64,000 nucleotides of DNA from an uncultured bacterium (lineage in GTDB: Bacteria > Patescibacteriota > Minisyncoccia > Phycocordibacterales > UBA2100): contig CAINVT010000009.1 of assembly GCA_903854215.1 (NCBI GenBank), positions 191-64,190 of the forward strand, written 5' to 3'. This document shows, piece after piece, positions 52,403-63,539 of this stretch; the first letter of the stretch is position 1, and each line of letters starts with the position of its first letter. A program made the position numbers and the translations under genes. Below the pieces are notes generated by a model that was not told where the DNA came from, did not search any database, and saw only the letters and a list, made by a program, of their open reading frames with translations.

Positions 52403-55096
52403 CTATGCATTCTTGAAAATGGCTATCAATTCCGCGAAATCCTTCACTGGAAGACGCTGCCATTCTTCCTGCTTTACATACAAACATCCATACACGACTC
52501 TGCTTTGCCGAGCGTTCACATCTACGCACCACTGCTGCAAGCGTTCAAATTTGAGCCTGTCATCGTCTGCCTCGCGCCCCTTGGTCTCGATGATGTACAC
52601 CGACCGCTCGTCTGTTTTAACGAAAAAATCAGGATAATACGTCGAGATGGAACCTTCCGCATTCTTATATTCAACACGCAGAGCGTTCGCTTCTTTATTC
52701 TGAAAATTCTTTGCATACGAGATCACGTCGTCGCAATCTTCGAGGAATGATGCGAACGCAAGCTCAAAATCGCTATCGCCGACGATCTTGTTAAAGACCG
52801 ATTTTCTCGGATTGTGAATATATGACCCCTCATTGACTACGAACGGACGCGCATCGCTTATTTTTATGTAATTCTTGATCTCAGCATCGCCAGTATCTTC
52901 TACCGTAAGATCGTTAATTGCTTTCTTGAACGAATCCTTGATCAGCTTTATGTACTCGACTTCCGAAAGATTGGTCAGCACATTGAGATCACGAAGATCG
53001 ACCGCGCAATCGAACATGTTGTTTTGGATGAACTCTCGCACTTTCCCGAATAAGACATCGTATCCGCTGAAGAGTCGCAACTCGCGCATGATAGCAAGTG
53101 TGAAGAACCCGACGACGCTCTGGTGGTCTGGATCGATTTCACCGGTCAGTACCGTCGTGTGATGTACATGCTCATCGACGACGTCTTTGAAGACGATCTC
53201 GCGTTTCTCTTCTTCAGAAAATATCTTAACGGGAACTTTAGCGTTGCCAAATGTCGAGACATCCAAAAGAGCAAGATTCTTATACTCTCGCTGTAAGCGC
53301 GGTGACATCTGAGGAATCTCGATATCGAGCTTCGCGATATCTTTCTTCGGATTGTCTTTGTCGACCTCCACGACCATTGGCGAGAGCGGACTGCTTCCAG
53401 CTCCCATCACTTTTTTGTCCAATATCACGCCTTCGCCCTTTATCGACTCGACGAAATCCATGAACGCGTGGGTCCCGATTACGCTCACGTATTCTTCCAC
53501 ATCATCGCGACCGAAGAACATCCTTCGGAGCCCGCGACCAAGAGTCTGCTCAGGCAATATTTTTGAGTCCGCCGCATACGGACGCAGTCCAACGATCGTC
53601 GTCACATTTTTCACATCCCATCCCTCCTTGAGCATCATCACCGATATAATGACTTTGAATGGACTCTCCCAGCTGTCGATGGCGTTGGCCTGTTTGCGCA
53701 GAAGCTCTAACTCCTCTTTATTCTTACCCAATACATTTTCCGAAATCTCGCCACTTTTGTTGGTGTGGATAGTCAAAACGGAACCGGCAAGATCCCCGAA
53801 ACTCGTTTCTATGTATTGCGCAACATCATCACAATTCTTCGTATCATCGGTCATGATGAAAAGAATGGATTTCTTACCCATCGGTTTCAGCTGTTCGTAC
53901 GTCTTTCGCCATTCTTCCACACCCAGGTTGATATAATCTCGGTATTTCTCACTGAAGATGACGCTCTGGTTTTCTTTGAGTTTACCGCGGCTTGCCGCAT
54001 CCGGCACCACGGGGTTTTTGACCACACGCTGGTGTATCGCTTCCACAAGCGGATAGTCGGAAATCGTCTGTACGAAAATTGATCCGTCATTCTTCTTGGG
54101 TGTCGCCGTGAGATCGATCTGCAAAGACAGCTTCGTGCCCTTCTGCTTCAAGCGATTGTCGATATCTGCAATGGACGTGACCCACGCTGATTTTTCATCG
54201 TGCAAGTGATGCGCTTCGTCGTTGATTATCATGAGATCATCGATGTCTCGTACAATCATTCCCAAATCGACGGTAGAATCGTTGGTTTTGGTAACGGGCT
54301 TATCGCCCAAGAAATATGAGGAGGTATCTTCGTCGTCTACGCTCGCCTCACGCACATCGCTCTCAAATACGCGGTGAATGTTGGTGAGGAATATATTGCC
54401 CGTATCCGATATGTTGTGCAGTTCGTCCTGTAAATGCAGTGTGATCTGAAAATCATCCTGCCAATTTTGACCCTGATATCCGTTTTCCGGCAATACCGGA
54501 TCGCTGAAGAATATCTTCAACCCCTCAAAGTCACTCTTGATCCGTTCAAAGACGATGACGTTGGGCGTTATCAAGAGAAAGTTCTTCGCGAGACGAGAGT
54601 CCCGTTCATACTTCTTATGAAAATACGCCCACGCGATAACGAGACTCATCACCTTGGTCTTCCCCGCGCCGGTCGCCATTTTTATGACAAAGCGAAGCCA
54701 CTCTTCAGTAAACATCTGCGGGCTTAGCACACCGGTAGAATTGTAACGAATGAGATCGTATTTATCTTTTACTTGCGCCACCTCATAGAGCCACACGACC
54801 GTTTCCAGCGCTTCCCGCTGTGCGAAATAGTATCGAAACGAAGATGCGATGCCCTGCTGATCGTACAAAATGTGTTCTTCTTTGAACCACCAATTCAGAA
54901 GCGCCTTGGACGTCTTACTTGTCCCCTCATAATTCTTGTCTCGCCACTCCTTTACTCGTTTGCGCAAATCAGCCACCAAAGGCGGAATGAGCTTGTCGAA
55001 ACCCTTTTCTCGCAAGTCCTCATCGGCGGGGAACCATCGGATACCCGGATCTAATATTGCGTAGGGGTCTTTGGGGAAGTCTTTTGGTAGAGCCAT
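52403..55096 (-). CDS. Type III restriction enzyme Res subunit (SF2 helicase plus PD-(D/E)xK nuclease)
   Basis: MATGAGKT, DEAHH, TATP, MLKEGWDV, EQTLGRGLR; C-terminal YYPDF...IETKG. Confidence 0.92.
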   Translation of the reverse strand: MALPKDFPKDPYAILDPGIRWFPADEDLREKGFDKLIPPLVADLRKRVKEWRDKNYEGTSKTSKALLNWWFKEEHILYDQQGIASSFRYYFAQREALETVVWLYEVAQVKDKYDLIRYNSTGVLSPQMFTEEWLRFVIKMATGAGKTKVMSLVIAWAYFHKKYERDSRLAKNFLLITPNVIVFERIKSDFEGLKIFFSDPVLPENGYQGQNWQDDFQITLHLQDELHNISDTGNIFLTNIHRVFESDVREASVDDEDTSSYFLGDKPVTKTNDSTVDLGMIVRDIDDLMIINDEAHHLHDEKSAWVTSIADIDNRLKQKGTKLSLQIDLTATPKKNDGSIFVQTISDYPLVEAIHQRVVKNPVVPDAASRGKLKENQSVIFSEKYRDYINLGVEEWRKTYEQLKPMGKKSILFIMTDDTKNCDDVAQYIETSFGDLAGSVLTIHTNKSGEISENVLGKNKEELELLRKQANAIDSWESPFKVIISVMMLKEGWDVKNVTTIVGLRPYAADSKILPEQTLGRGLRRMFFGRDDVEEYVSVIGTHAFMDFVESIKGEGVILDKKVMGAGSSPLSPMVVEVDKDNPKKDIAKLDIEIPQMSPRLQREYKNLALLDVSTFGNAKVPVKIFSEEEKREIVFKDVVDEHVHHTTVLTGEIDPDHQSVVGFFTLAIMRELRLFSGYDVLFGKVREFIQNNMFDCAVDLRDLNVLTNLSEVEYIKLIKDSFKKAINDLTVEDTGDAEIKNYIKISDARPFVVNEGSYIHNPRKSVFNKIVGDSDFELAFASFLEDCDDVISYAKNFQNKEANALRVEYKNAEGSISTYYPDFFVKTDERSVYIIETKGREADDDRLKFERLQQWCVDVNARQSRVVYGCLYVKQEEWQRLPVKDFAELIAIFKNA

Positions 55097-55122
55097 ATAG
55101 TTTTATGTATCTGTGGATAACT

Positions 55123-55150
55123 TTGACTTTAGCGTGCTGTACGCTATACT
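55123..55150 (+). promoter_or_regulatory. Near-consensus sigma70 promoter pointing antisense to the mod-DUF3800-res genes
   Basis: TTGACT (55123-55128), 16-nt spacer, TATACT (55145-55150). Confidence 0.6.
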
Positions 55151-55156
55151 CCAAAT

Positions 55157-55202
55157 GTACCGAAAAAGGGCGTCGACCGTTAGGACGATAGCCCTTTTTC
55201 AT
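55157..55202 (+). ncRNA. Candidate DUF3800-associated small structured RNA
   Basis: Stem gaaaaagggc/gccctttttc (55162-55200) enclosing tcg-a-cc-gtta-gg-a-cga; starts just after the promoter and overlaps the DUF3800 stop codon; strand inferred from the promoter. Confidence 0.5.
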
Positions 55203-56004
55203 TTGTCTCAAGATTTTTCTCCTCTACCTTGAGATTATTTAAATGATCCGTCTTGTCCACAAAAATATTGAAATTGTGGTTTTTGAAACCCTTCAGAAAA
55301 ATATCCGCCCCAAGCTTGCTCCTCAAATAATCGACCAGTTCGAGCTTATATTTTGAGCCAGGAACAAGACCTTTCTTGGACTTTATATCGTACGTCACCG
55401 CACCAATCAATAGATCGACCAGTTGGAGTAGATCATTTGATTTTGAATCAAAACGACACACACCAGCCAAAGCAAGACGTTTTTTACTCTGATTAAAATT
55501 CTTCTTTACATCAGATTCAAAGCGGATGTTTTTTGGTGTCGTTACATAATCAGCGATAAGGATCATGATTTCTTGATCATACAGAGCGGCATCCAAAAGT
55601 TTGAGCGTTATCTGCTCATATGCCATCCATGGATTCTTATCGAATGTTTTCAAGTAATAATCGCTTTTTGTGCTAATAGAATAGGAATAAAACCATACGC
55701 TTTTCGTCTCAAAGAGCGCATCGATTGCAGTCTTGGCAAAACCGATATTATTCTTTGACAATTTATTGAACTTTACTTCATCATAAAATTTTGACTTACT
55801 TCTTTCGAAATACAGCCTACTTTGTAAATAGTATGGCTGGCTCATTTTCAGTATCCCAATAGTGAAATACTGATCTGACTGACCATTCAGACTTCCCGTC
55901 TCATCGAGGAAACAGAATTTTGTCCAAATCTGATTGAAGTCTGAAAGCTTCAGATCCTCGGTTTTTATTTCTTTGTTACTTTTTAAAAAACTCATAGCGT
56001 TCAT
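55180..56004 (-). CDS. DUF3800-family (RNase H-like fold) protein
   Basis: FLDETG, EVKFNK, DSKSNDLLQLVDLLIGAV pattern; AT-rich; overlaps the mod stop by 4 nt. Confidence 0.78.
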   Translation of the reverse strand: MNAMSFLKSNKEIKTEDLKLSDFNQIWTKFCFLDETGSLNGQSDQYFTIGILKMSQPYYLQSRLYFERSKSKFYDEVKFNKLSKNNIGFAKTAIDALFETKSVWFYSYSISTKSDYYLKTFDKNPWMAYEQITLKLLDAALYDQEIMILIADYVTTPKNIRFESDVKKNFNQSKKRLALAGVCRFDSKSNDLLQLVDLLIGAVTYDIKSKKGLVPGSKYKLELVDYLRSKLGADIFLKGFKNHNFNIFVDKTDHLNNLKVEEKNLETNEKGLSS

Positions 56005-58244
56005 TGTATCGTGATCCCGATCACCCTCGTCGTATCATTCCCGAAGATATCCACCACCTTTACGGCAACTTTGTAAGTACCTTTGGACATCTCTTTGGCG
56101 GCAGACGTGAGCTCAAGATTTCGATTCTTTTTCGTGCGGAAACTCTGCCACTCGTTGTCGAAGATATAGTCGCCGGTCCACACCTCATCATATTCGAAGA
56201 GGTCTTGAAGTTTGCCTTTTTCAAACAAATTATCTCCATGTGTCTTTGGTACTTTGATTATCTCTTTACGACTGGCGAAGTCATAATCCACCGCCCAGTA
56301 GTCGATCCAGTCGCTCCACTTCTTGGTCAAGATCTCTCTCGTCACTTCCTCGGTCGCCTTGTCTTTGCTGATCTTGATCACCTGGCCGTTCTCGACGACG
56401 ACCTTTGAGCCGCCTGGGCGCAGTGCCTCGACCACCTCGCCGGAGTCATCTTGATTGTAGAAGACCGAAAAGTCGGTGAGTTCTATGGCGATACTCGCCT
56501 TTTCATTCTTCGTCGCCTTGCGGATGATCGGCTTCGCTTCGATGAAGGCCACGTCGTAAAACTTCACCTGCCCCTTCTCCACTGCCTTCTTGTCGAAAAC
56601 TTCGCGCGGAATGATACGGAAAGCGATGTCCATGCTCTCTGCCTTGAACTGCGAGAAATCGAGCCCCATTTCGTAGTCGAAACCGAGCACATCGACTTTG
56701 GTAATTCCTTTTTCCTTGCACTCTGCCACGATGTCATGCACGAACGTTGAAGACACAGGCGTATTGATAGGCCCGACGGCGACGAGGCGATCCCGCTTCT
56801 TGGCCACGATGTTCACAAAAGACTGCACCGGCTCTGCTTTGTAAGCGGCAAGAATGAGCGCCACGAATTCTCGCTCTTTGCGCTCGGCCTGCTTCTCTTT
56901 CTCCTCGGCACGCAAATCATCATTCGTAGCGAGAAAATTCTCACGCTCGTATCTACCGACATTTAATATCTCAAACGCGCGAAAGTCTTTGCGCTCCTTC
57001 TTCATCTCCCGCTGTACGCCGATGAGCCGCTTGCGAGAAGTGTGAACGCCAAACTTCCCCAAGTCCGATCCGATCCACTTACGCCCCAACTTTTCCGCCA
57101 CAGCAAGCGTCGTCCCCGAGCCACAGAAAAAGTCGGCCACAAGATCACCTTCGTTGGAAGACATTTCTACAATTCTTTGCAAAAATTTTTCTGGTTTTTG
57201 TGTAGGATAGAAAGCCCTTTCATCAGACATCACGTTTACTTCTGAAATATCTATCCAATTATCATCAAGTGTGATTCCTTCTAATTCAGATAAATGGGTT
57301 TTGATTTTGAGTTTACCGTTTTTGTCTTCAAAAACTTTCCCGGTTTTCCTCATCTCCTCTATGGAAACATCTGATCTTGTACCGACTGGCTGATCATCTC
57401 TGTAAGGCCCTTTTCCGTCATTATCATCTTTATTAAATCTCAATTTGTAGTCTTCACTAAAAGGCAAGTACCGCCTGTTATAAATGCAGTTGTCTGATTT
57501 TGTATAGTATAGAACAGTATCGTGATTTCTAGCCATTTGATTTCCTTTTGCCTTTGCCCCCTTTACTGTTCCTCTTTTCCATATTATTTCATTACCAAAA
57601 TTATCAGAACCAAAAACTTCATCTAAAACTAGTTTCATAAAAGCGCTGACACGATAATCACAATGCACATAAATACTCCCATTCTCTGCCAGCAAATCAT
57701 GCATGAGACGTAGTCGTTCATAAATCATCGCAATAAAACTGTCAGCGCCCTTGCCCCAGGTGTCGCGATAGGCAATCTCTTCGATGACCGAGGGTTTTTT
57801 GGTGAAGCTCTCTTCCTCATCACCATCGCCAATCTTGATGTCCATTGAGAAATCCGCACCCACGTCAAACGGCGGATCGATGTAGATCAGTTTCAAACCT
57901 CCTTGTGCTTCTATTTCCTTGCGCATCGGGCCGTTCTTTAGAGATGAGAGGATGAGCTTGTTGTCGCCCCAGATGAGCTTATTAGTCCAGCCGGTGATCT
58001 GTCTGCCGGTGGTATCGAAGAGACTGTTTTGACTCCCAAATTTCGCATCGCTCCGTGGTTCGTCTATCTGCTCGATCACCTGAAAAGGCAAGACGACATT
58101 GGTGACTTCGTTGGTCTTCCCGTTCCAGACAAGCTCCACCTCGCGAGCGTCGTCAAAGAGCAGGAAGCGATACTTCTCAGGCAACGGCTTCCCCGCTTCC
58201 AACAGTCGTATGGCATCGCGCTTTTCGTTGTCGGAAAGATTCAT
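56001..58244 (-). CDS. Type III R-M Mod subunit (beta-class amino-methyltransferase)
   Basis: LIWGDN, IYIDPPF, YPTQKPE, DFFCGSGTT, C-terminal VKVVDIFGND. Confidence 0.93.
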   Translation of the reverse strand: MNLSDNEKRDAIRLLEAGKPLPEKYRFLLFDDAREVELVWNGKTNEVTNVVLPFQVIEQIDEPRSDAKFGSQNSLFDTTGRQITGWTNKLIWGDNKLILSSLKNGPMRKEIEAQGGLKLIYIDPPFDVGADFSMDIKIGDGDEEESFTKKPSVIEEIAYRDTWGKGADSFIAMIYERLRLMHDLLAENGSIYVHCDYRVSAFMKLVLDEVFGSDNFGNEIIWKRGTVKGAKAKGNQMARNHDTVLYYTKSDNCIYNRRYLPFSEDYKLRFNKDDNDGKGPYRDDQPVGTRSDVSIEEMRKTGKVFEDKNGKLKIKTHLSELEGITLDDNWIDISEVNVMSDERAFYPTQKPEKFLQRIVEMSSNEGDLVADFFCGSGTTLAVAEKLGRKWIGSDLGKFGVHTSRKRLIGVQREMKKERKDFRAFEILNVGRYERENFLATNDDLRAEEKEKQAERKEREFVALILAAYKAEPVQSFVNIVAKKRDRLVAVGPINTPVSSTFVHDIVAECKEKGITKVDVLGFDYEMGLDFSQFKAESMDIAFRIIPREVFDKKAVEKGQVKFYDVAFIEAKPIIRKATKNEKASIAIELTDFSVFYNQDDSGEVVEALRPGGSKVVVENGQVIKISKDKATEEVTREILTKKWSDWIDYWAVDYDFASRKEIIKVPKTHGDNLFEKGKLQDLFEYDEVWTGDYIFDNEWQSFRTKKNRNLELTSAAKEMSKGTYKVAVKVVDIFGNDTTRVIGITIQ

Positions 58245-58329
58245 AGATGTGTATCCGCACGAGTTGATGGCCCTGACATGGGGCTATGATACCGCATTGC
58301 GCGCACCGATGCGAACACGCCATCGTGGG

Positions 58330-58923
58330 CTATTTCCCTCTCGTACCCAACCGAGCAACTTTCGTAAGCCAGCGTTTTTTGCGGGCATCGGGAATGTTTT
58401 CAGCGGGCCCGAACCATGTCGTCCGTGTCGAGAATCCTGCGAACCACAAGATTCCCCACTTCAATTGCGCGTTCACGTTGCCCGGCAAAAGCCGTACGAG
58501 CAACGGCAACGTACCACTCGTAATAATGACACGTGCGGTTTTACCGCGATACAAACGATGCCAAAATATCGATCGCGCGCCGGATTTCATGCGCATATAA
58601 CGAAACGCAGAACCCGGTAACCATGCACGATCAAATAGACCTTTAAGGATCGCCGGCATGCCGACCCACCACACGGGATGGATAATGACGACATGATCAG
58701 ACCATTTGATCAGGTCTTGAAAATGTACGAGGTCCGGTTCGAGCGGCTGCATCGCACGATAGCCCTTGTGAAGGATCGGGTCGAATTGCATTTCACCTAT
58801 GTTTTGTCGTTCGACTGTATGCCCTGCCGCCCGAGCCGCCGTCTCGTAGACGTCAGCGATCATACCGCAGACTCCTTCCGTATCGGGGTGCCCGAGGAGA
58901 ATATAAATTTTCTTCGTCTGCAT
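58330..58923 (-). CDS. NAD(P)H-dependent oxidoreductase (flavodoxin-2 family)
   Basis: LGHP, FDPIL, PVWWVGMPAILKGLFDR. Confidence 0.9.
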   Translation of the reverse strand: MQTKKIYILLGHPDTEGVCGMIADVYETAARAAGHTVERQNIGEMQFDPILHKGYRAMQPLEPDLVHFQDLIKWSDHVVIIHPVWWVGMPAILKGLFDRAWLPGSAFRYMRMKSGARSIFWHRLYRGKTARVIITSGTLPLLVRLLPGNVNAQLKWGILWFAGFSTRTTWFGPAENIPDARKKRWLTKVARLGTRGK

Positions 58924-58931
58924 GATGGTCG

Positions 58932-59099
58932 TCACAAACTCCACGAGTCGTGCTCTTCTGCAGGTTCGTTCCCAAGCGCATCAGTACTAAAGGGATCCAC
59001 CGCGGGTTTTTCCTCGGGATGATCCTGCTCTACCGCATCCTTGAATTCTTGTTTCAATTCTTCGTCGCTTTTTTCATTATTATTGAGAATGTCTTCCAT
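58932..59099 (-). CDS. Small acidic hypothetical protein
   Basis: 55-aa ORF co-oriented with its neighbours; TATAAT box upstream on the minus strand. Confidence 0.55.
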   Translation of the reverse strand: MEDILNNNEKSDEELKQEFKDAVEQDHPEEKPAVDPFSTDALGNEPAEEHDSWSL

Positions 59100-59109
59100 A
59101 GTACTAATA

Positions 59110-59424
59110 TTATAACATAGAAGCTGCAGATTGCGCAAGTTTTACGAGTGCCTCGGGATCATCATCATTCGAAACGTCATTGCGCTTTTCATAGCCGCAT
59201 TTCACGCATCGATGCACGATCCGATACGCTGGCGAAGCGCCTTCAAGACGAGTCGGCTCCATCATTGCCAGACAGATCGCCGCACGATCTCCCGGATTGA
59301 TATCGACGTGCTTGCTCCACAAACAATGCGGGCAATGGTTGGTATAGCCGTCGCCGGTAACAAATGTACCGCATTCTTCGCACACAAAATCTTCGACCAT
59401 TCGGCGAAATTTCTTTTCCGACAT
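59110..59424 (-). CDS. RNHCP-domain zinc-ribbon protein
   Basis: FVCEECG, TNHCPHCLWSKHVD.NPGDR, HRCVKCG. Confidence 0.9.
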   Translation of the reverse strand: MSEKKFRRMVEDFVCEECGTFVTGDGYTNHCPHCLWSKHVDINPGDRAAICLAMMEPTRLEGASPAYRIVHRCVKCGYEKRNDVSNDDDPEALVKLAQSAASML

Positions 59425-59426
59425 GA

Positions 59427-61436
59427 TTATTGCACGACAACTGAGTACGTATTTTGTACGGTCGCAGATGTCCCCTGTGCAGTACAGATGAGAGAGAATG
59501 TGAGGGTGCCGGTCGTTGAAGTTGTTACCAATCTGCTTCCTTCATTCGTATTCGCCACTTGAGTCGAATTATTCTCATAGACATGACAGGGGGATGCATT
59601 ACTCATACCAACGGACGACCATGCGACCGTCACTGAAGTACCCCTCCTGACTGTTTTTGGTTGTGCAATGATCTGTGCAACCGCAGCGCCGGTCTGACCT
59701 GGCGACACGGTAGTTGCTCCGGTCGTCGAGGTAGTCTGTGTTGCACCATTGGAGTTTAACGAGTTTGTCTGAGATTGCTGTGAATTCTGAGATTGCTGTG
59801 AATATTGTATCGGTTGACCGTATGATGCGGACTGTGTGCTTCCAACTCCCGGCGTACTGCTAAAATTACTCACGCCAGAGAAAGGGCTGGAAACTCCGCC
59901 CGTCGAAACACCGCCATACGTGTTCGTATCAACAGAAAAGGGACTGACGATTCCAGAATAAAGACTCCCTACACCTGATGACCCTGATGGTGCTGCGCCG
60001 AGATTAGCCGCGAAGCGGTTCACGGTTCCCTGCAATGTTTGTCCTGCATATAAATTACCGTTATTAGCAAGAATATTCGCAGCAGAGGCCGGCTGTGTTT
60101 GATATAGAAAGTCGGCTGTCGACATATTTGGATTATTTATATATGCCCGAAAGAATTGTGCCGCACCGCCAGTGCCAAGGCCTTGCATGATGTAGGCTGC
60201 CGTACCTTGATCGATACCGGTTTGAGCAATGAGCGGACCATACTTGGCAAGATTTTGCGAAATATTCCAACCCGCAACTTGTGTGGCAACATACGGATTC
60301 AAGCGGAGACCAGGATCAATGGATCCGTTGCTACAATACTGCGCTACCTCGGCCACTCCCTGAGAACACATTTGTGTTGTTACACCGGCCCATGTTCCTG
60401 TCGTGTACTGAAACGGGCCGCATGCACTGCCAGACTTATTGCAAATCGAAGTACATCCGCCACTCTCAAAATTGCATATGTTTGCGAGGGCGCCTGGTTG
60501 TAGATTGTACTGTTGCTCCGTAGCGGCAATCATCTGTGCGTTGGCGCCACCTTTCAATGGTTGCGCTTGGGCCGATGCATCAGGTGCAGCGAATGTACTT
60601 GCTGCGCTTATGATGTTGTTGGCGGAATTTTGTTCGTCCGGTGTATACAAACTGGAAACCTTATCAGATACCTGTGCCGGCGTGAGGCTGGTGATGTCGT
60701 TGATCGTGGCTTGATTAAGCGTAATACCGGCAGTACTTGCAGCTTGCGAGATCTGGTTCGGATCCTGCGAAGCAAATGCCTTAAGAAGATCCTGCGAATT
60801 CGTGGTGCCGTTGGCGACATCAGCGGTGACGACTTTCTGGGCATCTTCAGAAGACACGCCGAATTTTGTGAGTGCCTGTGTGAGCTGTTGTTGCCCATCA
60901 AGTGTGCCAATATTTGCTTCCTGAATCGCCTTCTGTGCGATAGATTGCAACGCAAGATTTTTCATCATGTCAGGGGTATTGCCGGATGCGGTACTTAAAT
61001 CTTTTTGATAGTTCGGGTCACATTTACTGATTGTTTTTGTTTGATTGAGGGAGCCGGAGAGAGAAATGACGACGGTCGTAATGCCACAATCCGGTGCAGA
61101 ACAGCTATTTACTATGCATCCATTCTTCAAATCATTATTTCCGACTCGTCCGGTCTGCGTGATCGTTAATTTTGCACCGGTGGTATCGACGGTGACACTC
61201 TCACTGGTACATGTATCGGTGAGTCCGCCCGTCGTTGCATTGGCAGGTGCACCAGATGCCGCGTTCTTTTTATTTTGCGCTTGAAACAATTTGAGGATGC
61301 ACGCCTTCGCATCGGCCGGTGTACTTGGCGCGATGTTTGCACCAGCAACCGCAGGTGTTGTAGCAGCTATCACCAAAAACGGAACGAGTACGGTAAATGC
61401 AACGCCGCTAACTAAAATGAGTACGGGTATGCGCAT
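59427..61436 (-). CDS. Secreted protein with a lytic-transglycosylase/lysozyme-like domain and a C-terminal Ig-like domain
   Basis: Signal/TM segment, Cys-rich N-terminus, ICNFESGG...GPFQYTTGTW...RLNP catalytic-like region, S/Q/T-rich linker. Confidence 0.65.
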   Translation of the reverse strand: MRIPVLILVSGVAFTVLVPFLVIAATTPAVAGANIAPSTPADAKACILKLFQAQNKKNAASGAPANATTGGLTDTCTSESVTVDTTGAKLTITQTGRVGNNDLKNGCIVNSCSAPDCGITTVVISLSGSLNQTKTISKCDPNYQKDLSTASGNTPDMMKNLALQSIAQKAIQEANIGTLDGQQQLTQALTKFGVSSEDAQKVVTADVANGTTNSQDLLKAFASQDPNQISQAASTAGITLNQATINDITSLTPAQVSDKVSSLYTPDEQNSANNIISAASTFAAPDASAQAQPLKGGANAQMIAATEQQYNLQPGALANICNFESGGCTSICNKSGSACGPFQYTTGTWAGVTTQMCSQGVAEVAQYCSNGSIDPGLRLNPYVATQVAGWNISQNLAKYGPLIAQTGIDQGTAAYIMQGLGTGGAAQFFRAYINNPNMSTADFLYQTQPASAANILANNGNLYAGQTLQGTVNRFAANLGAAPSGSSGVGSLYSGIVSPFSVDTNTYGGVSTGGVSSPFSGVSNFSSTPGVGSTQSASYGQPIQYSQQSQNSQQSQTNSLNSNGATQTTSTTGATTVSPGQTGAAVAQIIAQPKTVRRGTSVTVAWSSVGMSNASPCHVYENNSTQVANTNEGSRLVTTSTTGTLTFSLICTAQGTSATVQNTYSVVVQ

Positions 61437-61500
61437 GCTCCTATTGTAGCCCGCTTACGCGGATATCATATGGTGATGTGTTGAAAACTATACACGCGTG

Positions 61501-61755
61501 CTACAACAAGACCACAACACGATTGCCGGAGCACTCGACGACACCGCGATCAACAATGAATTCCTTGGTACTGCCATCTGCCTCGCGGACAAGTATCGTA
61601 CCTGGTTTCAACGTTACGACCAACGGCTCATGGTGCGGCAATACGGTGAATTCTCCGGATGCTCCGGGAAATGTCGCCGATACCGCGGCACCATCGAATC
61701 GCGTCTCACCTACCGAGGCGATCACAAGATGTAATGTGGTGGGATAGTCGGACAT
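61501..61755 (-). CDS. atpC: ATP synthase epsilon subunit (N-terminal beta domain only)
   Basis: PGASGEFTVLPHHEPLV..L.PG; follows atpD. Confidence 0.9.
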   Translation of the reverse strand: MSDYPTTLHLVIASVGETRFDGAAVSATFPGASGEFTVLPHHEPLVVTLKPGTILVREADGSTKEFIVDRGVVECSGNRVVVLL

Positions 61756-61781
61756 AATAGTAGTAGGATTTAAAAAAATCT

Positions 61782-61866
61782 GAGACTGTCAAAACAAATC
61801 TGAAGACGCCCCCGCAGTGCGAAGCACGAGGATAAGGCGTTCTGAAGATTTTGTTTTGATTGTCTC
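61782..61866. repeat. Long imperfect inverted repeat in the atpD-atpC spacer
   Basis: gagactgtcaaaacaaatct..agacgcc / ggcgttct..agattttgttttgattgtctc around a gtgc-gaa-gcac core. Confidence 0.75.
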
Positions 61867-61879
61867 GCACATAAACCTC

Positions 61880-63286
<1,407 letters not shown>

Positions 63287-63292
63287 CTATGT

Positions 63293-63496
63293 TTATATGT
63301 GATTGATAACCTTAAACTTAATAAGCGTCAAATATGTAACTAACATTACGACAAAATAGATACCCATTCCTGTCACAATATCTTGCCAAGTCCCAAAGAC
63401 AAGTCCTGGAAAAAATCCACCAAGGATCATCTGAGTCACGAAATAAGAAAAGATACTATCAAGAACTACGTACACTTGATTCTTTGTTATATTCAT
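63293..63496 (-). CDS. Small AT-rich two-TM protein between atpG and atpD
   Basis: 67 aa hydrophobic ORF, co-oriented; TATAAT box upstream on the minus strand. Confidence 0.6.
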   Translation of the reverse strand: MNITKNQVYVVLDSIFSYFVTQMILGGFFPGLVFGTWQDIVTGMGIYFVVMLVTYLTLIKFKVINHI

Positions 63497-63539
63497 AAGA
63501 TTTTCAAGATTATAGGCTTTTGATGTACATCTGTCACTC

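Noticed and set aside
49971-55120. Replication origin suggested by perfect DnaA boxes at 49971-49979 and 55112-55120
   Set aside because: The boxes are single and dispersed, with no cluster or adjacent dnaA/dnaN. They may be regulatory but do not support oriC.
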